A stretch of DNA of 64,000 nt, taken from positions 30,621 through 94,620 of the IMG/VR virus record IMGVR_UViG_3300032050_000049. One strand, written 5' to 3'. Source of the DNA: a virus (Duplodnaviria > Heunggongvirae > Uroviricota > Caudoviricetes). Shown one piece after another: positions 49,080 through 58,380 of the stretch (position 1 is its first letter; every line of letters starts with the position of its first letter). The translations under genes were made by a program, and so were the position numbers. Under the pieces are notes generated by a model. The model saw only the letters and a list, made by a program, of their open reading frames with translations, made no database searches and was not told where the DNA came from.

Positions 49080-49277
49080 TTAAGCTTTATCATCATTATA
49101 CACAAAATTATCACTAAACATAGAATATAAATAATCGTGATGTTTATCTTCTAAAAGATATTCACGTATATCAATAATGCGACGGTCATCACAACAATGA
49201 CACTGCATATAAATCTTATCCCGCTTTAATTTAGCTGGCATATCACAATAATTGCAAGTAATTTGAAGGTTGTCCAT
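49080..49277 (-). CDS. Zinc-ribbon small protein
   Basis: CNYC...CHCC. Confidence 0.4.
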   Translation of the reverse strand: MDNLQITCNYCDMPAKLKRDKIYMQCHCCDDRRIIDIREYLLEDKHHDYLYSMFSDNFVYNDDKA

Positions 49278-49360
49278 ATACTATAAAAATATCATACATT
49301 TTAAATAAAACAAGGGATGTCACTGTTACGTAACATCCCCCATTATATTGTAACATTAGG

Positions 49361-50140
49361 TTACAGATCGCTATAGTTCTTCAGTTCAATCTTACCATTT
49401 AGTATGGTAATATACTGACTAAGATTACAATCAATACAAATGTTGTTTGCATCAACGATATTAGCAAATCCTTCTCTATGATATTGTGCGGCTTTACCAG
49501 TTCGCCATTGATTTGTATGACCCACAATTTGTCTCAACTCTTCAATGGGTTGAAACTCTTCGTTAAAATCACACCAAACAATACCACCACATTTGTTTCT
49601 ACCACCCCTTGCATATCCAGCGCCATAAAACCAATGTGGTTCATTGATCTTTAGTTTGGTTCTAGCATCATTATCACTTTGATCCAGATACTTGAAGATA
49701 ACTTCATTTGTGGCACAAATTGGAGGTAACAAACGTTTATCCAATCCAGCGTGGGTTAATAGAATATCATCTACAACAATCGACCAGTGAAACTTATCTT
49801 GTATATCACCTCTGACCTTGCCAATAACGTTATCAATTGCATCATACTTCCATTGTTCATAACCACTACACCAAGATGTAGAAGCATTAAACAGATAGTG
49901 TATATCGTGATTACCAAATAGAGTATAGTTCTTTGGGTTAGGAAGAAATACATCTCTTAGATATTTGGCTGTAGCAACATAGTCAGTAACATCATCCAAA
50001 TTGAAACTATCAAACCAATCACCCAAACAAATGTTGATATCGCCATCTTCTTTGGTAAAGATGGTATCCAACTTTGTGTAATGATTATGTGGATCAGCAG
50101 CAATTACAATCTTTTGTTTATTGGAACTAAACTTTAGCAT
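49361..50140 (-). CDS. Calcineurin-like metallophosphoesterase (Ser/Thr-phosphatase-like)
   Basis: 'AADPHNHY', 'GDWFDSF', 'GNHD'. Confidence 0.65.
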   Translation of the reverse strand: MLKFSSNKQKIVIAADPHNHYTKLDTIFTKEDGDINICLGDWFDSFNLDDVTDYVATAKYLRDVFLPNPKNYTLFGNHDIHYLFNASTSWCSGYEQWKYDAIDNVIGKVRGDIQDKFHWSIVVDDILLTHAGLDKRLLPPICATNEVIFKYLDQSDNDARTKLKINEPHWFYGAGYARGGRNKCGGIVWCDFNEEFQPIEELRQIVGHTNQWRTGKAAQYHREGFANIVDANNICIDCNLSQYITILNGKIELKNYSDL

Positions 50141-50176
50141 ACTGAGAGTATAACACGATTATTTTTAAAAGTCAAG
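50138..50176 (-). promoter_or_regulatory. Promoter TTGACT-17-TATACT
   Basis: CTTGACTT TTAAAAATAATCGTGT TATACT CTCAGT ATG. Confidence 0.6.
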
Positions 50177-50410
50177 TGATTTGGTCTTAACTTTTGTTAG
50201 TAGCCATTTGACCATTTGATATTTGGTAGATGGATCACCATACTTTTTTATATTAAAGTGATCCAGTTCCAATTCATAGAGTCTACGAGTAGTGTCCATT
50301 TTTTCAAACCATTTTGAATCTACTGGAGAGTCATCTGTGTGTTTCTCTAGTTTTTCTAAACATTCGATTAGAAATTCGTATTCAATTTTGGTAAGAATTA
50401 CTTTTTTCAC
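50165..50410 (-). CDS. Hypothetical protein (81 aa)
   Basis: ORF. Confidence 0.4.
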   Translation of the reverse strand: MKKVILTKIEYEFLIECLEKLEKHTDDSPVDSKWFEKMDTTRRLYELELDHFNIKKYGDPSTKYQMVKWLLTKVKTKSLDF

Positions 50411-50467
50411 TTCTCGGTAGATTTAGACTTCTTTTTATCTCCCCAGTTAATTTTATCGTAATTAGAA

Positions 50468-50899
50468 TTATAGGTTTTCTTGTTCACTGGTCTGGGAGAC
50501 GATCCCTTCCCGTTCTGATGTGATTGATTGCTCATAAAAATGTTGATATCCTTTCTCTATTGTACTAAAAAATGAATTGTTCGCATACATATCTGAAGCA
50601 ATTGCTTTATCACTTTTGATATATTGTGCATTTACGTTTTTCAAAGTAAATTTTCCGTTTGTGTCGTCGGTTTTTTCGTATCCTACAAATAAAACACTGA
50701 AATATTTTTCATGAAGCACATCATCAAATGCTCCATCGTAATCTTGGATGTAAACAATGTCTGCTTCGCTCCACTTATTATTAATACGTGGACACACACA
50801 TAGTTTGTATTCGTTATCAATGAATGCTTTGAATACAAAAGCATTGGGTTTGGTTAATTCACTCATATTTTTCAGCACATTTACTGCAAAGTTGACCAA
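50468..50899 (-). CDS. Hypothetical protein (143 aa)
   Basis: ORF. Confidence 0.45.
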   Translation of the reverse strand: MVNFAVNVLKNMSELTKPNAFVFKAFIDNEYKLCVCPRINNKWSEADIVYIQDYDGAFDDVLHEKYFSVLFVGYEKTDDTNGKFTLKNVNAQYIKSDKAIASDMYANNSFFSTIEKGYQHFYEQSITSEREGIVSQTSEQENL

Positions 50900-51041
50900 C
50901 TCCTTCTACATAGTTGTAACGATAGTCGATATGTTTGTCTTTGGGTTCATTTGTTTCGACTCCACAAACAATACATTCTTCCATTTCAGACATTACTTTA
51001 AAGTCACCATTGGGTAATTTTTCAATTTTATTATTCATAAT

Positions 51042-51383
51042 TTATTTCCACAAAACTTGTAATATAACTATTAATGCACTCAATGCAATTAGTGTTAATG
51101 TTTTAACACTTATCTTTTCATTGAAATAAATATGTGTCAATATTGTAAACATAACTATACCAATGCTAAATGTAAAAATTCTATTTGGCCACATTTTTCC
51201 ATTAAAATATTCTGCTAGTAATTTCGTAGCATATATTGATAACAACGTACTAGGTACACTTAACCATATCAACCACATTTCATATTTTTTATAAAATACA
51301 TTAATAAATTGTCCATAAATTTGATGCCAACCAATAATATAAACAAATACTAGTATTGACAATGCAAATAATAACTTAATCAT
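51042..51383 (-). CDS. Multi-pass membrane protein (113 aa)
   Basis: Three to four hydrophobic helices. Confidence 0.45.
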   Translation of the reverse strand: MIKLLFALSILVFVYIIGWHQIYGQFINVFYKKYEMWLIWLSVPSTLLSIYATKLLAEYFNGKMWPNRIFTFSIGIVMFTILTHIYFNEKISVKTLTLIALSALIVILQVLWK

Positions 51384-51574
51384 TTTTTTCTCAATATCGT
51401 ACTATGTTTATTAACAACTTCTTTGCAAACAATACTACCTTTACTTAGTTTAGCATAAAAGTTATCATATATATGAACTAAATCAGCAACTTCAATCTTG
51501 ATACCCTCTTTTAACTTGGTATACTTTTTGATATCTGATTCAGTTAATTCAACTACATTATCAGCGCTCTTCAT
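51380..51574 (-). CDS. Hypothetical protein (64 aa)
   Basis: ORF. Confidence 0.35.
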   Translation of the reverse strand: MKSADNVVELTESDIKKYTKLKEGIKIEVADLVHIYDNFYAKLSKGSIVCKEVVNKHSTILRKK

Positions 51575-51951
51575 ACAGATTTATTATAGGACTCTATATA
51601 AGATTCTATGTTGAGTTTTCCTACGGGATTCATAGAGTGTACCATATAAGGCGGATGTTTAACACCCTTGTTCATACAATATTCCACAAGCCATTTTGCA
51701 CAATCATATCCAGTCTTTTCATTGTATGAATCATATGGAATATCATCACCACTCAACCCATGACCATAGTGGCAGTCTGATAAATCGTGATCATAAGTTA
51801 CAAACTTAGGAAGACCACGCAGTGTAATTATATTAACAAACTCTTGATAATTTCTTACCACAGAGTAATGTTGATCTTTTGGAATATTAACCCAAGTGAC
51901 ATTCGTTGGAATGCGGTTGTCATCGAGAAATAAATTATAGTTGGTTATCAT
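51571..51951 (-). CDS. Hypothetical protein (126 aa)
   Basis: ORF. Confidence 0.45.
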   Translation of the reverse strand: MITNYNLFLDDNRIPTNVTWVNIPKDQHYSVVRNYQEFVNIITLRGLPKFVTYDHDLSDCHYGHGLSGDDIPYDSYNEKTGYDCAKWLVEYCMNKGVKHPPYMVHSMNPVGKLNIESYIESYNKSV

Positions 51952-52141
51952 ATTTTTTAAGTGATTCTTTTAGTGTTTTTAATGCACTTTCTGTACAAGT
52001 CCAAATTACATCTGCTTTATGTTTCTTACGATACTTATTTGCTTCAGCTAATGATGCGTCTTCACTGAGACATTCGCCTAATGAATCAACACATAGATTG
52101 TTGTTTTGATCTAAAATAATAACGTAGTAATTTGTTTTCAT
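51935..52141 (-). CDS. Hypothetical protein (68 aa)
   Basis: ORF. Confidence 0.35.
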   Translation of the reverse strand: MKTNYYVIILDQNNNLCVDSLGECLSEDASLAEANKYRKKHKADVIWTCTESALKTLKESLKKYDNQL

Positions 52142-52323
52142 TTATTAATCTTCTTTTCCAAGTATACCACGAACTTTTTCATCGGTCTACCACTTTCAAA
52201 CAAATCACCAATAAATTCTGCTTTGACTACACGATATCCGTTTGAACCATAATCATTCATTACATTCTCAAGTTCTGAATAATCAATTACATTATGTATT
52301 TTTATTGAATATTTGTATTTCAT
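52138..52323 (-). CDS. Hypothetical protein (61 aa)
   Basis: ORF. Confidence 0.35.
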   Translation of the reverse strand: MKYKYSIKIHNVIDYSELENVMNDYGSNGYRVVKAEFIGDLFESGRPMKKFVVYLEKKINK

Positions 52324-52563
52324 TGTTTGTGCATCATCAAACCACTTAAGTTTGGCATTGTATAACCTTGTTTAATTAGCTCACGGGTATCTTTGACAAT
52401 TTTATCAAAGTAAGCCAACTTCATCTTGATTTCTTCACGTTCTTTTTTTGTAAGCTTCTTCATATAGTAATAATACTATCGTTAGTGATAAAACACAAGA
52501 TTTATTTTTCACACCGTGTCACATTTTATTTCATTTTTTAAAAATGATTAATATTTATTATAT

Positions 52564-53244
52564 ATGAAAATAATATCTGGAATTTATAAACTCACATCAC
52601 CGTCCGGAAAATGTTATATTGGTCAAAGTAAAAATATATATCAAAGATTTCGTGATCACAAAAGAGCTAATAAACATAAACATTGCAAGTTATATGTTGC
52701 AATTAAAAAATACGGATACGAAAATTTTAAAAAAGAAATAATAGAAGAATGTAACAAAGAAATTTTAGATAAAAAAGAACAATATTGGATTAAATATCAC
52801 AACTCCGTTGATAACGGATATAATTGTGATTATGGTGGACAAATTCATAAAGAATTTGGAAAAGAACATAGAGAAAAATTACGTGCAGCATTTTTAGGAA
52901 AGTATAATGGCAACCAAAATATTGAATTTTACATAGATAACATTTTGTATAAATCAATTGGTGATGCTAGTAAAAAATTAAATATACCCCCTAAAACGAT
53001 ATATAATAGGTTAAATTCTAAAAACATAGAATTTGATAATTATAAATATAAAGATGTAAATTTAATACCAACCAGAAGTATTAGAAAATACGCATCACAA
53101 CCTTTTATTATTGATGGTATAAAATATACCACTATAAAAGAAGCGTCTGAAGTATTAAATATACCATCATCAATATTGAGAAGAAAATTAAAATCTGGTA
53201 AATTGTCAAATTCATCATATATTACACCGCAACATCCGCTTTAA
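52564..53244 (+). CDS. GIY-YIG homing endonuclease (I-TevI-like, free-standing)
   Basis: 'GIYKLTSPSGKCYIGQSKNIYQRFRDHK' GIY-YIG core plus NUMOD-like basic C-terminal repeats. Orientation opposite to neighbours. 3' end overlaps the thyA 3' end. Confidence 0.8.
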   Translation: MKIISGIYKLTSPSGKCYIGQSKNIYQRFRDHKRANKHKHCKLYVAIKKYGYENFKKEIIEECNKEILDKKEQYWIKYHNSVDNGYNCDYGGQIHKEFGKEHREKLRAAFLGKYNGNQNIEFYIDNILYKSIGDASKKLNIPPKTIYNRLNSKNIEFDNYKYKDVNLIPTRSIRKYASQPFIIDGIKYTTIKEASEVLNIPSSILRRKLKSGKLSNSSYITPQHPL

Positions 53245-54373
53245 TTGTTGGGTGTGATTGATAATCTATTAACTTAATATCATCATATTTAAAATCAAAT
53301 AATGATTTTATTTCAGGATTCAACCACAATTTTGGTAACTTCATTGGTTCTCTTGACATTTGTAGTTTAATTTGATCCAAATGGTTCGTATACAAATGTG
53401 CGTCACCGATTGAGTATGTCAATGTACCAGTAGCCATATTGCTTACATGCGACATCATTGCTACCATCAGTGCATATGATGCTATATTAAATGGCTTCCC
53501 AAGAAAAATATCATTTGATCTGATTGTCATCATTAAATTCAAACGACGGGTTGGAATATTAGCGTCATTTAATACTTTTTCATTCATTTCAGGCACAGAT
53601 ACCCATCCTTTATTTCCTCCTGATTTTCTGTATAAATCAAATCGTTCTTCCAGTGTCAATTCTTCTGTATTAAAAATTAGAAAACAATGACAGGGCGGTA
53701 AGGCGCAATGATCTACCCAATGTGGATGCCATGCTGATACGATCATACGACGATCATCTGGATTGGTTTTTAGCTTGTCAATTACTTTTTGTAGTTGATC
53801 TATTCTACCAAAAAACCACGATTCGGCATAATCACCTTTTGTTCCACTCACAGTACCTTTGGGACAAGTGCTTGCATCATTATCATTCACGGTGGTATAA
53901 AACGGAAAATTTCTCCACATTCCGCCATACGTTCCTTCACCTAATTCACCCCATAAAAGTGCAAAATTTGGGTCATCTTTAATTTCTTGAATGAAACGCT
54001 CTTGAGTCCAAGAAGACCGCCACCGATTCCCACCCAAATCGCCATACGGATTTGCTTCATAGGTTTCTTCAGGATGAGATTTGCAAAAATCAATATAGCG
54101 TTTATATGCCCACTCATTCCAGATTCTAACGTTATTGTCAACCAGATACTTGATATTTGTATCACCACTAATGAACCACAGCAATTCGTGAACAATAGCT
54201 GGCCAATGAACTTTCTTTGTGGTTAATAGAGGAAATGCATTTAGATCCACATTGTATTTGGCTTGAGCACCAAAAATGCCAATGGTATCTACCCCAGTTC
54301 TGTTCTTTTTAAGTTTTCCGTTTGTCAAAATATCATTGACAATTCTGAAATATTCTGTGTCTACTTTGTTCAT
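53222..54373 (-). CDS. thyA: Thymidylate synthase (ThyA, long form with two insertions)
   Basis: 'RTGVDTIGIFG', 'DDRRMIVSAWHP', catalytic 'PPCHCFLIFN', 'FNIASYALMVAMMSHV', 'GDAHLYTNH'. Confidence 0.85.
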   Translation of the reverse strand: MNKVDTEYFRIVNDILTNGKLKKNRTGVDTIGIFGAQAKYNVDLNAFPLLTTKKVHWPAIVHELLWFISGDTNIKYLVDNNVRIWNEWAYKRYIDFCKSHPEETYEANPYGDLGGNRWRSSWTQERFIQEIKDDPNFALLWGELGEGTYGGMWRNFPFYTTVNDNDASTCPKGTVSGTKGDYAESWFFGRIDQLQKVIDKLKTNPDDRRMIVSAWHPHWVDHCALPPCHCFLIFNTEELTLEERFDLYRKSGGNKGWVSVPEMNEKVLNDANIPTRRLNLMMTIRSNDIFLGKPFNIASYALMVAMMSHVSNMATGTLTYSIGDAHLYTNHLDQIKLQMSREPMKLPKLWLNPEIKSLFDFKYDDIKLIDYQSHPTIKADVAV

Positions 54374-54411
54374 ATTATTTAGTATACATTATAACTTTGT
54401 GTAGGTCAAAT
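54371..54411 (-). promoter_or_regulatory. Internal promoter TTGACC-17-TATACT for thyA, inside the DHFR 3' end
   Basis: ATTTGACC TACACAAAGTTATAATG TATACT AAATAAT ATG. Confidence 0.5.
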
Positions 54412-54866
54412 TCTTTTACAACTTCTTTATGTGTAAACGTATGTTCAAACTCAGGCATAAATGTATCACCATCATAATTACCATTTATATGCGTAACATA
54501 GAACTCCTTAATGTATGGTAACAACTTAATATAAGTTTTAGCACCACCAGCAACAATCAAATAGTCTTTTCTAAATTGACTATATGATTCAAAATCTGTC
54601 ATTGTAATCAGTTGACCAGTCATAGAGTTATTGTTTACCAGATATTGATTTGGATTTGCAGCCATTATTTTGTCTTCTTTGACTAGTACAAGACATTCTC
54701 TATTTTTTAGAAGTGGTAGTGTATCAAATGTATTTTTACCTACCACAATAGTATTACCAACGGTAAATTCTTTAAAGTGCTTAAAATCCTCTTTTATAGA
54801 TGGCCAGGGTAATCCACCATTTTTGCCTATAACCCTATTTTGTGCCATTGCAAGTATTGCTTTCAT
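54375..54866 (-). CDS. folA: Dihydrofolate reductase
   Basis: 'ILAMAQNRVIGKNGGLPWP...DFKHFKE.T.GNTIVVGKNTFDTLP'. Stop directly abuts the thyA start, in frd-td order as in T4. Confidence 0.85.
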   Translation of the reverse strand: MKAILAMAQNRVIGKNGGLPWPSIKEDFKHFKEFTVGNTIVVGKNTFDTLPLLKNRECLVLVKEDKIMAANPNQYLVNNNSMTGQLITMTDFESYSQFRKDYLIVAGGAKTYIKLLPYIKEFYVTHINGNYDGDTFMPEFEHTFTHKEVVKEFDLHKVIMYTK

Positions 54867-55300
54867 TGTATATAATTTAAAATTAGTTTGATTGATTGTT
54901 CAATAGAATTTTTATCGGTGTCAATATCAAGATAGTTATTTAATGGCGGTTCATAATAATCCACCATCTTACCCTCCCTTAATCTGTTACTATGTAGATA
55001 TACTTCTTTTACAATATGTGTAGAATCATTTTTTAATGAGTCTCTTAAATTTCTGAACGGAGATACTAACGACATTATTGTGTAATTATATAATTTGTTG
55101 CTAGTTTTTGCCATTTCTATAGCTAATCTCACATTACTTTTTCTGCCACTAATACTATAGTCTTTATTGTTACTAATACTACGTAACGTATCCCCATCAA
55201 TAGTTACAGCTGTACGATTTGTTTTTGTTAAAAGTGTTTCTAATGTTAACGCCAATGTGGTTTTACCACTATTTGGTTGACCTGTTAATATAATAATCAT
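54863..55300 (-). CDS. cysC: Adenylylsulfate (APS) kinase-like P-loop kinase
   Basis: 'LTGQPNSGKTTLA' and 'IDGDTLR...NKD..S...R..NVR...E.AK...SLVSPFRNLRD' parallel the CysC 'LDGDNVRHGLNKDLGFS..DR.ENIRR..EVAK...SFISPYR.DRD'. Confidence 0.65.
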   Translation of the reverse strand: MIIILTGQPNSGKTTLALTLETLLTKTNRTAVTIDGDTLRSISNNKDYSISGRKSNVRLAIEMAKTSNKLYNYTIMSLVSPFRNLRDSLKNDSTHIVKEVYLHSNRLREGKMVDYYEPPLNNYLDIDTDKNSIEQSIKLILNYIQ

Positions 55301-55944
55301 AACAATATTTTCTTTTCGTGTTTTACCACAACTTCAGGATGTACCCAAACATCAATACCACATTCTTTTACCAAATGACAAAAGCTTACGTCTTCCATTG
55401 TAAACTCCGTAACATTGCCAAATTGTTTCCAAATTGGTCTAAACCATGGATATTTCAATTTTTCAAATACACCCCGTTTTATAAGTATAAAGCCAAATCC
55501 AGTGTAGTCTACTGTAAATGGATCTTTGAATTGTTTTAATTTATCGAAAGTTAAAAATTCAAAACTACCATACTTCTTAAAATGATCTTCGTTCCAATCT
55601 TTTACAGTAGCATAGTGCGTACCATCTTGCATTAGATATAAACCAGATGCAATATCTTTCTTTATATTGAATAGCTTAATGAAGTCATCCACTTTGAACA
55701 TATTGTCACTATCAATCCAAAGTATATAATCATATTCGATTCTACCTTGCCATGGCTTTTGATTTTCTCCAGCATTAGAATCACCACCCAAACACATATT
55801 ACGTACATAATAGATGTTACACGATTCTCTACGAGAAAGTATAGGAGTTATTTTGTTATGAATACACCAATTATAAAATGGTATAAAACTATCTAACCAC
55901 TGACCAGAGAAATTATTGCCGGGTAAACAAATTATTAATCTCAT
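55297..55944 (-). CDS. Glycosyltransferase (DxD type)
   Basis: 'ILWIDSDNMF', 'ASGLY'; paralogous to the next gene. Confidence 0.55.
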   Translation of the reverse strand: MRLIICLPGNNFSGQWLDSFIPFYNWCIHNKITPILSRRESCNIYYVRNMCLGGDSNAGENQKPWQGRIEYDYILWIDSDNMFKVDDFIKLFNIKKDIASGLYLMQDGTHYATVKDWNEDHFKKYGSFEFLTFDKLKQFKDPFTVDYTGFGFILIKRGVFEKLKYPWFRPIWKQFGNVTEFTMEDVSFCHLVKECGIDVWVHPEVVVKHEKKILL

Positions 55945-56690
55945 GATTTAAAAAACAAATTGTTTTGTACAAACAAGTTACCTTTATAACCTTTCCAACC
56001 ATAGTGAGTCAAGTTACAAGTGGTATCTACATATATCTTACCACCGATACTTCTATAAAGATTACAAAAGCCATAATCTTCACTTTCATATTTCTTTGTC
56101 TTTTCATTTATTTTACATGGAAAGAAATCATAGAACTTATCCCCATATCCCATATACCCATCAATGTCATTCTTATATGCTATATTAGGCATTTCTCTAG
56201 AAATTTGATTGAAGACACGTTTCTTGAATAACATGAATCCAGTAGCAGCATAATTTACTTCTTCAATGTTTTTCATTTCGGGATTGAGTTTAATTTCTGT
56301 AGCAAAGTCGGTACATAGTTCTTCGTAATTATCACCGATCATTTCTGGTCCTTGTTTTGCTAACAACTTTACTTTAGACGAATTAATATACTTCTTGGGA
56401 TATAAACCTGAAATAACATCTTTATCAGCCTTTAACAATGAAAAGAAACTCTCGGGTTCAAATGATATATCACTATCAATGAACATCATATAATCACAAT
56501 CCGGTTGATTTAGAAAATTAGCAGCTGCAGCATTTCTAGCTCTAGCAATCAAACTTTCAAAGTATATACAATCCAAACTAAATGATATACCCCTACGTTG
56601 TCCCTCAAATATCAACTTCATCACACTAAACATAAAGTGTGATAGTACAGTATGATTATAACAAATCACAGGCAAATAAACTTTGGTCAT
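55941..56690 (-). CDS. Glycosyltransferase (DxD type)
   Basis: 'MMFIDSDISF', 'ISGLYP'. Confidence 0.55.
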   Translation of the reverse strand: MTKVYLPVICYNHTVLSHFMFSVMKLIFEGQRRGISFSLDCIYFESLIARARNAAAANFLNQPDCDYMMFIDSDISFEPESFFSLLKADKDVISGLYPKKYINSSKVKLLAKQGPEMIGDNYEELCTDFATEIKLNPEMKNIEEVNYAATGFMLFKKRVFNQISREMPNIAYKNDIDGYMGYGDKFYDFFPCKINEKTKKYESEDYGFCNLYRSIGGKIYVDTTCNLTHYGWKGYKGNLFVQNNLFFKS

Positions 56691-56923
56691 AGTATGATCT
56701 TTTCCTTCTCAAAATATTCAGTAACTTCATCATTCCAAGGCTTGTTGATGTCATCTAACTTATTAGCAATAGAACGCATTATATGTGACGGCCAGCAACC
56801 ATCATTACTTGGCCAGAAATAATAATAACCATCAACATCCATAATAAGTTCACCAACTAAATGATTATTCGGAGTCAGTACGTGGAACTTCTGGTTGTTG
56901 ATCTGTTTGTAAATTAGATTCAT
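56687..56923 (-). CDS. Hypothetical protein (78 aa)
   Basis: ORF. Confidence 0.35.
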   Translation of the reverse strand: MNLIYKQINNQKFHVLTPNNHLVGELIMDVDGYYYFWPSNDGCWPSHIMRSIANKLDDINKPWNDEVTEYFEKEKIIL

Positions 56924-57365
56924 TTTTTTCTAAAACAATATTTGTAGTACCCTCGTAATTTACCCCACCAATAACATTAATAATAAATTTGTTGGTGATG
57001 GTTCCCTCCAAGTTACTAGTAACAATATAACTCTCTTGTACGCTTCCGTCAAGAAAAAACACAATTTTGGTAGAACTTGATTCAAGTATCTTCAAGTCAT
57101 TTGTAACAGCATCCATCAAATAAACATCATCAAATGAACTATACATATTATAGTTTTCATCAAACGTAAGTTCAAACTCACGTTGTTGAAATGCTGCTTG
57201 ATGTTTGAGATTAATCAATAGTGTCTTTAAGTTTTCTCTAGCTTCAAAATATCTATTGTTACCAACTAGACTATCATAGTTGATAACAATTGCACCAATA
57301 ATACCAAGCAATATGGTTATGGCTAATACTAACTCTATTAGTGTAAATGCTTTATTGTTTTTCAC
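56865..57365 (-). CDS. Type IV pilin/pseudopilin-like protein
   Basis: N-terminal 'MKNNKA|FTLIELVLAITILLGIIGAIV' (prepilin-like leader, Glu at +5, hydrophobic helix). Position -1 is Ala rather than Gly. Confidence 0.5.
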   Translation of the reverse strand: MKNNKAFTLIELVLAITILLGIIGAIVINYDSLVGNNRYFEARENLKTLLINLKHQAAFQQREFELTFDENYNMYSSFDDVYLMDAVTNDLKILESSSTKIVFFLDGSVQESYIVTSNLEGTITNKFIINVIGGVNYEGTTNIVLEKNESNLQTDQQPEVPRTDSE

Positions 57366-57609
57366 GAATTAGTTTTAATTTTTGTTGACGGGTCAATTGT
57401 TTGATTTGATACTCCCTCTTCATTGCTTCACTTTTACTATTAAAACATTCGGTATATACTAATCTAACTGGTAATCGTGTCTTAGTATATTTAGCACCAC
57501 ACCCTCTAGAATGATCACTAACTCGTTTTTCAACATTATTAGAGTAACCACAATAGAGGGTGTTGTCCCCACAAATAACTATATAGCAACAATGATTCTT
57601 AACTATCAC
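57352..57609 (-). CDS. GIY-YIG nuclease-family small protein (YhbQ/UPF0213-like)
   Basis: 'YIVICGDNTLYCGYSNNVEKRVSDH...EYQIKQLTRQQKLKLI' matches the YhbQ pattern. Confidence 0.7.
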   Translation of the reverse strand: MIVKNHCCYIVICGDNTLYCGYSNNVEKRVSDHSRGCGAKYTKTRLPVRLVYTECFNSKSEAMKREYQIKQLTRQQKLKLIREKQ

Positions 57610-57988
57610 ATCGTATATCTAATTTCGCTGTAGGAGTATAAGTGCCCAATCCAATATTGCCATTTGAAGCAATGGTCAATCGTGATTCTACACCATAATA
57701 TCCAAATGAATTTGTTTCTGCTTTAACTACAGCTGGTTTATTTAGTGGCGAACAAATATTGATTGAAATATTCTCACTATTATTAACTAGGATTTCAAAG
57801 TTATCACTATCTCTGAATTGCATTACACAAGTAGCACCATCACTACGAGTAAATACAAGTTTTTCACAAGTTAATACTTTTTCAGACGAAGAAGCTGGTT
57901 CTGATGCTTTAACAGTTGAACCAGCAACAACACCTGCGATTCCTCCAAATAGGGTGGAGAAAAACCCTTTACGATTTAGTTTTTCCAT
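57599..57988 (-). CDS. Secreted hypothetical protein
   Basis: N-terminal signal peptide. Confidence 0.45.
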   Translation of the reverse strand: MEKLNRKGFFSTLFGGIAGVVAGSTVKASEPASSSEKVLTCEKLVFTRSDGATCVMQFRDSDNFEILVNNSENISINICSPLNKPAVVKAETNSFGYYGVESRLTIASNGNIGLGTYTPTAKLDIRCDS

Positions 57989-58028
57989 ATAATATACTAT
58001 ATCATAGTATGGATACTAAATCAATATT

Positions 58029-58346
58029 TTATTTCTTAAATAGTTCTTTGATACTAACTCCGTGTTTGTTGTCTTTGAAAGACCAAATGGATGGTTTCTT
58101 TTTTAGATATAGATCTTGATTAGCATACAACTCTTTTACACAATTATCTGTTTTAACGATGACCACTTTGTGTTTACCATCTGCGTCTAGTTGGTTTTTG
58201 AATTGAACTAAATGACCGTCTGACCAAGCCATTTGTTGTTTACATACAATACAAGTTCTACCAGACTTTTTCTTGGCAAAGATACTTGCATTTGCATTTG
58301 TTGCGGTTAATACTAATAGTCCAACAATTAATAATACTTTATTCAT
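58029..58346 (-). CDS. Secreted hypothetical protein
   Basis: Signal peptide 'MNKVLLIVGLLVLTATNANA'. Confidence 0.45.
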   Translation of the reverse strand: MNKVLLIVGLLVLTATNANASIFAKKKSGRTCIVCKQQMAWSDGHLVQFKNQLDADGKHKVVIVKTDNCVKELYANQDLYLKKKPSIWSFKDNKHGVSIKELFKK

Positions 58347-58380
58347 AATAACTCAAAGATAACATATATCGAATACAATG

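Noticed and set aside
53222-54373. Possible intein or intron in the unusually long (383 aa) thymidylate synthase
   Set aside because: The extra length is explained by two surface insertions. Flanking ThyA motifs stay collinear and in frame, and no intein blocks (Cys/Ser...His-Asn) or splice-like discontinuity are present.
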